Assembly: GCF_035490575.1 (NCBI RefSeq)
Contig: NZ_DATJLI010000153.1
Location: forward strand, 419-64,418
Direction of reading: 5' to 3'
DNA length: 64,000 nt
From: Sphingomonas sp.
GTDB lineage: Bacteria; Pseudomonadota; Alphaproteobacteria; Sphingomonadales; Sphingomonadaceae
This document shows positions 63,493-64,000 of this stretch, one piece after another. A program made the translations under genes and the position numbers. Below the pieces are notes generated by a model. That model saw nothing but the letters and a program-made list of their open reading frames with translations. It ran no database searches and had not been told where the DNA came from. Each line of letters starts with the position of its first letter. Position 1 is the stretch's first letter.

Positions 63493-64000
63493 GCGTGGCA
63501 CGGAGGCGGGAGTGGATCGATCCTGCTCACCACTGCCTGTCGATCGCGGCGCAATGCCGGCTGCTGTCGATCAGCCGGTCGAGCTACTATTATGCGCCGG
63601 TGCCGGAGACCGAAGAGACGCTGGCGTTGATGCGGGTGATCGACGCGGCGTTTCTCGACATGCCGTGGTACGGCAGCCGCCAGATGGTCCGGCATCTGCG
63701 CCGCAATGGCCATGATGTTGGACGACGACGGGTGCGGCGGCTGATGGCGAAGATGAGGCTGTCGCCGATCTACCAGCGGCCGCGCACGAGCGATCCGCAC
63801 CCGCAGCACAGGGTCTATCCTTATCTGCTGCGCGGGCTGGCGATCGAGCGGCCGAACCATGTCTGGTGCGCCGACGTGACCTACATCCCGATGCGTCGGG
63901 GCTTCCTCTACCTGGTCGCGATCATGGACTGGGCGACGCGGAAGGTGCTGGCCTTGCGGCTGTCGAACACGATGGATGCCGGCTTCTGCGTGACGGCGCT
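63489..64000 (+). CDS. IS3 transposase OrfB (partial)
   Basis: Hand translation: CRLLSISRSSYYY..YGSRQM..HVWCADVTYIPMRRGFLYLVAIMDWATRKV (first Asp residues of the DDE triad). Confidence 0.92.
   Translation, partial: MSVARRREWIDPAHHCLSIAAQCRLLSISRSSYYYAPVPETEETLALMRVIDAAFLDMPWYGSRQMVRHLRRNGHDVGRRRVRRLMAKMRLSPIYQRPRTSDPHPQHRVYPYLLRGLAIERPNHVWCADVTYIPMRRGFLYLVAIMDWATRKVLALRLSNTMDAGFCVTA

Larger units (their letters stand above)
63146..64000 (+). mobile_element. IS3-family insertion sequence (left end; continues beyond the window)
   Basis: Left IR TG-N17-TGGACA-N4-GCTAAG, same layout as the IS3 IRL; orfA/orfB arrangement. Confidence 0.92.

Overview
High-GC alphaproteobacterial chromosome, most consistent with Sphingomonadaceae (inferred from gene content: MipZ, EcfG-like and CtrA-like motifs, a TonB-dependent receptor, a gamma-type flagellar cluster). 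Left to right: NHEJ ligD-ku; housekeeping genes (pdxH, CDF transporter, PhzF family, argB, YhhQ, NupC, clpB, M28 peptidase, DEDDh exonuclease, PGM/PMM, J-protein, mipZ, panC, Sel1 protein, MASE1-PAS-GGDEF, dapF, DUF2339); a divergent DUF6456 / XRE-repressor pair; a TonB-dependent receptor; a ~17 kb sigma54/sigma28-controlled flagellar cluster (motAB, flgB-L, a second atypical stator pair, flgA, flgM, flgN, an SLT, flhA, fliA); esterase, 2-hydroxyacid dehydrogenase, small protein + DUF72, typA, tldD, katG, MarR, rlpA, SRPBCC + Zn-ADH; a PAPS module (cysD-cysNC-cysQ-TSUP), a GT2-GtrA fusion; and an IS3 element running off the right end. The best leads are: (1) a leaderless, sigma54-driven PomA/PomB-like stator pair lacking TM1, bracketed by a 27-nt near-identical palindromic repeat; (2) a cysteine-free FlgH; (3) a phage-like switch (XRE with non-catalytic S24-like domain, divergent DUF6456) with no phage genes nearby; (4) a near-perfect 20-bp operator inside the RpoH-like clpB promoter. 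No tRNA, rRNA or CRISPR array was seen. All family assignments come from motif recognition by eye, not from database searches.
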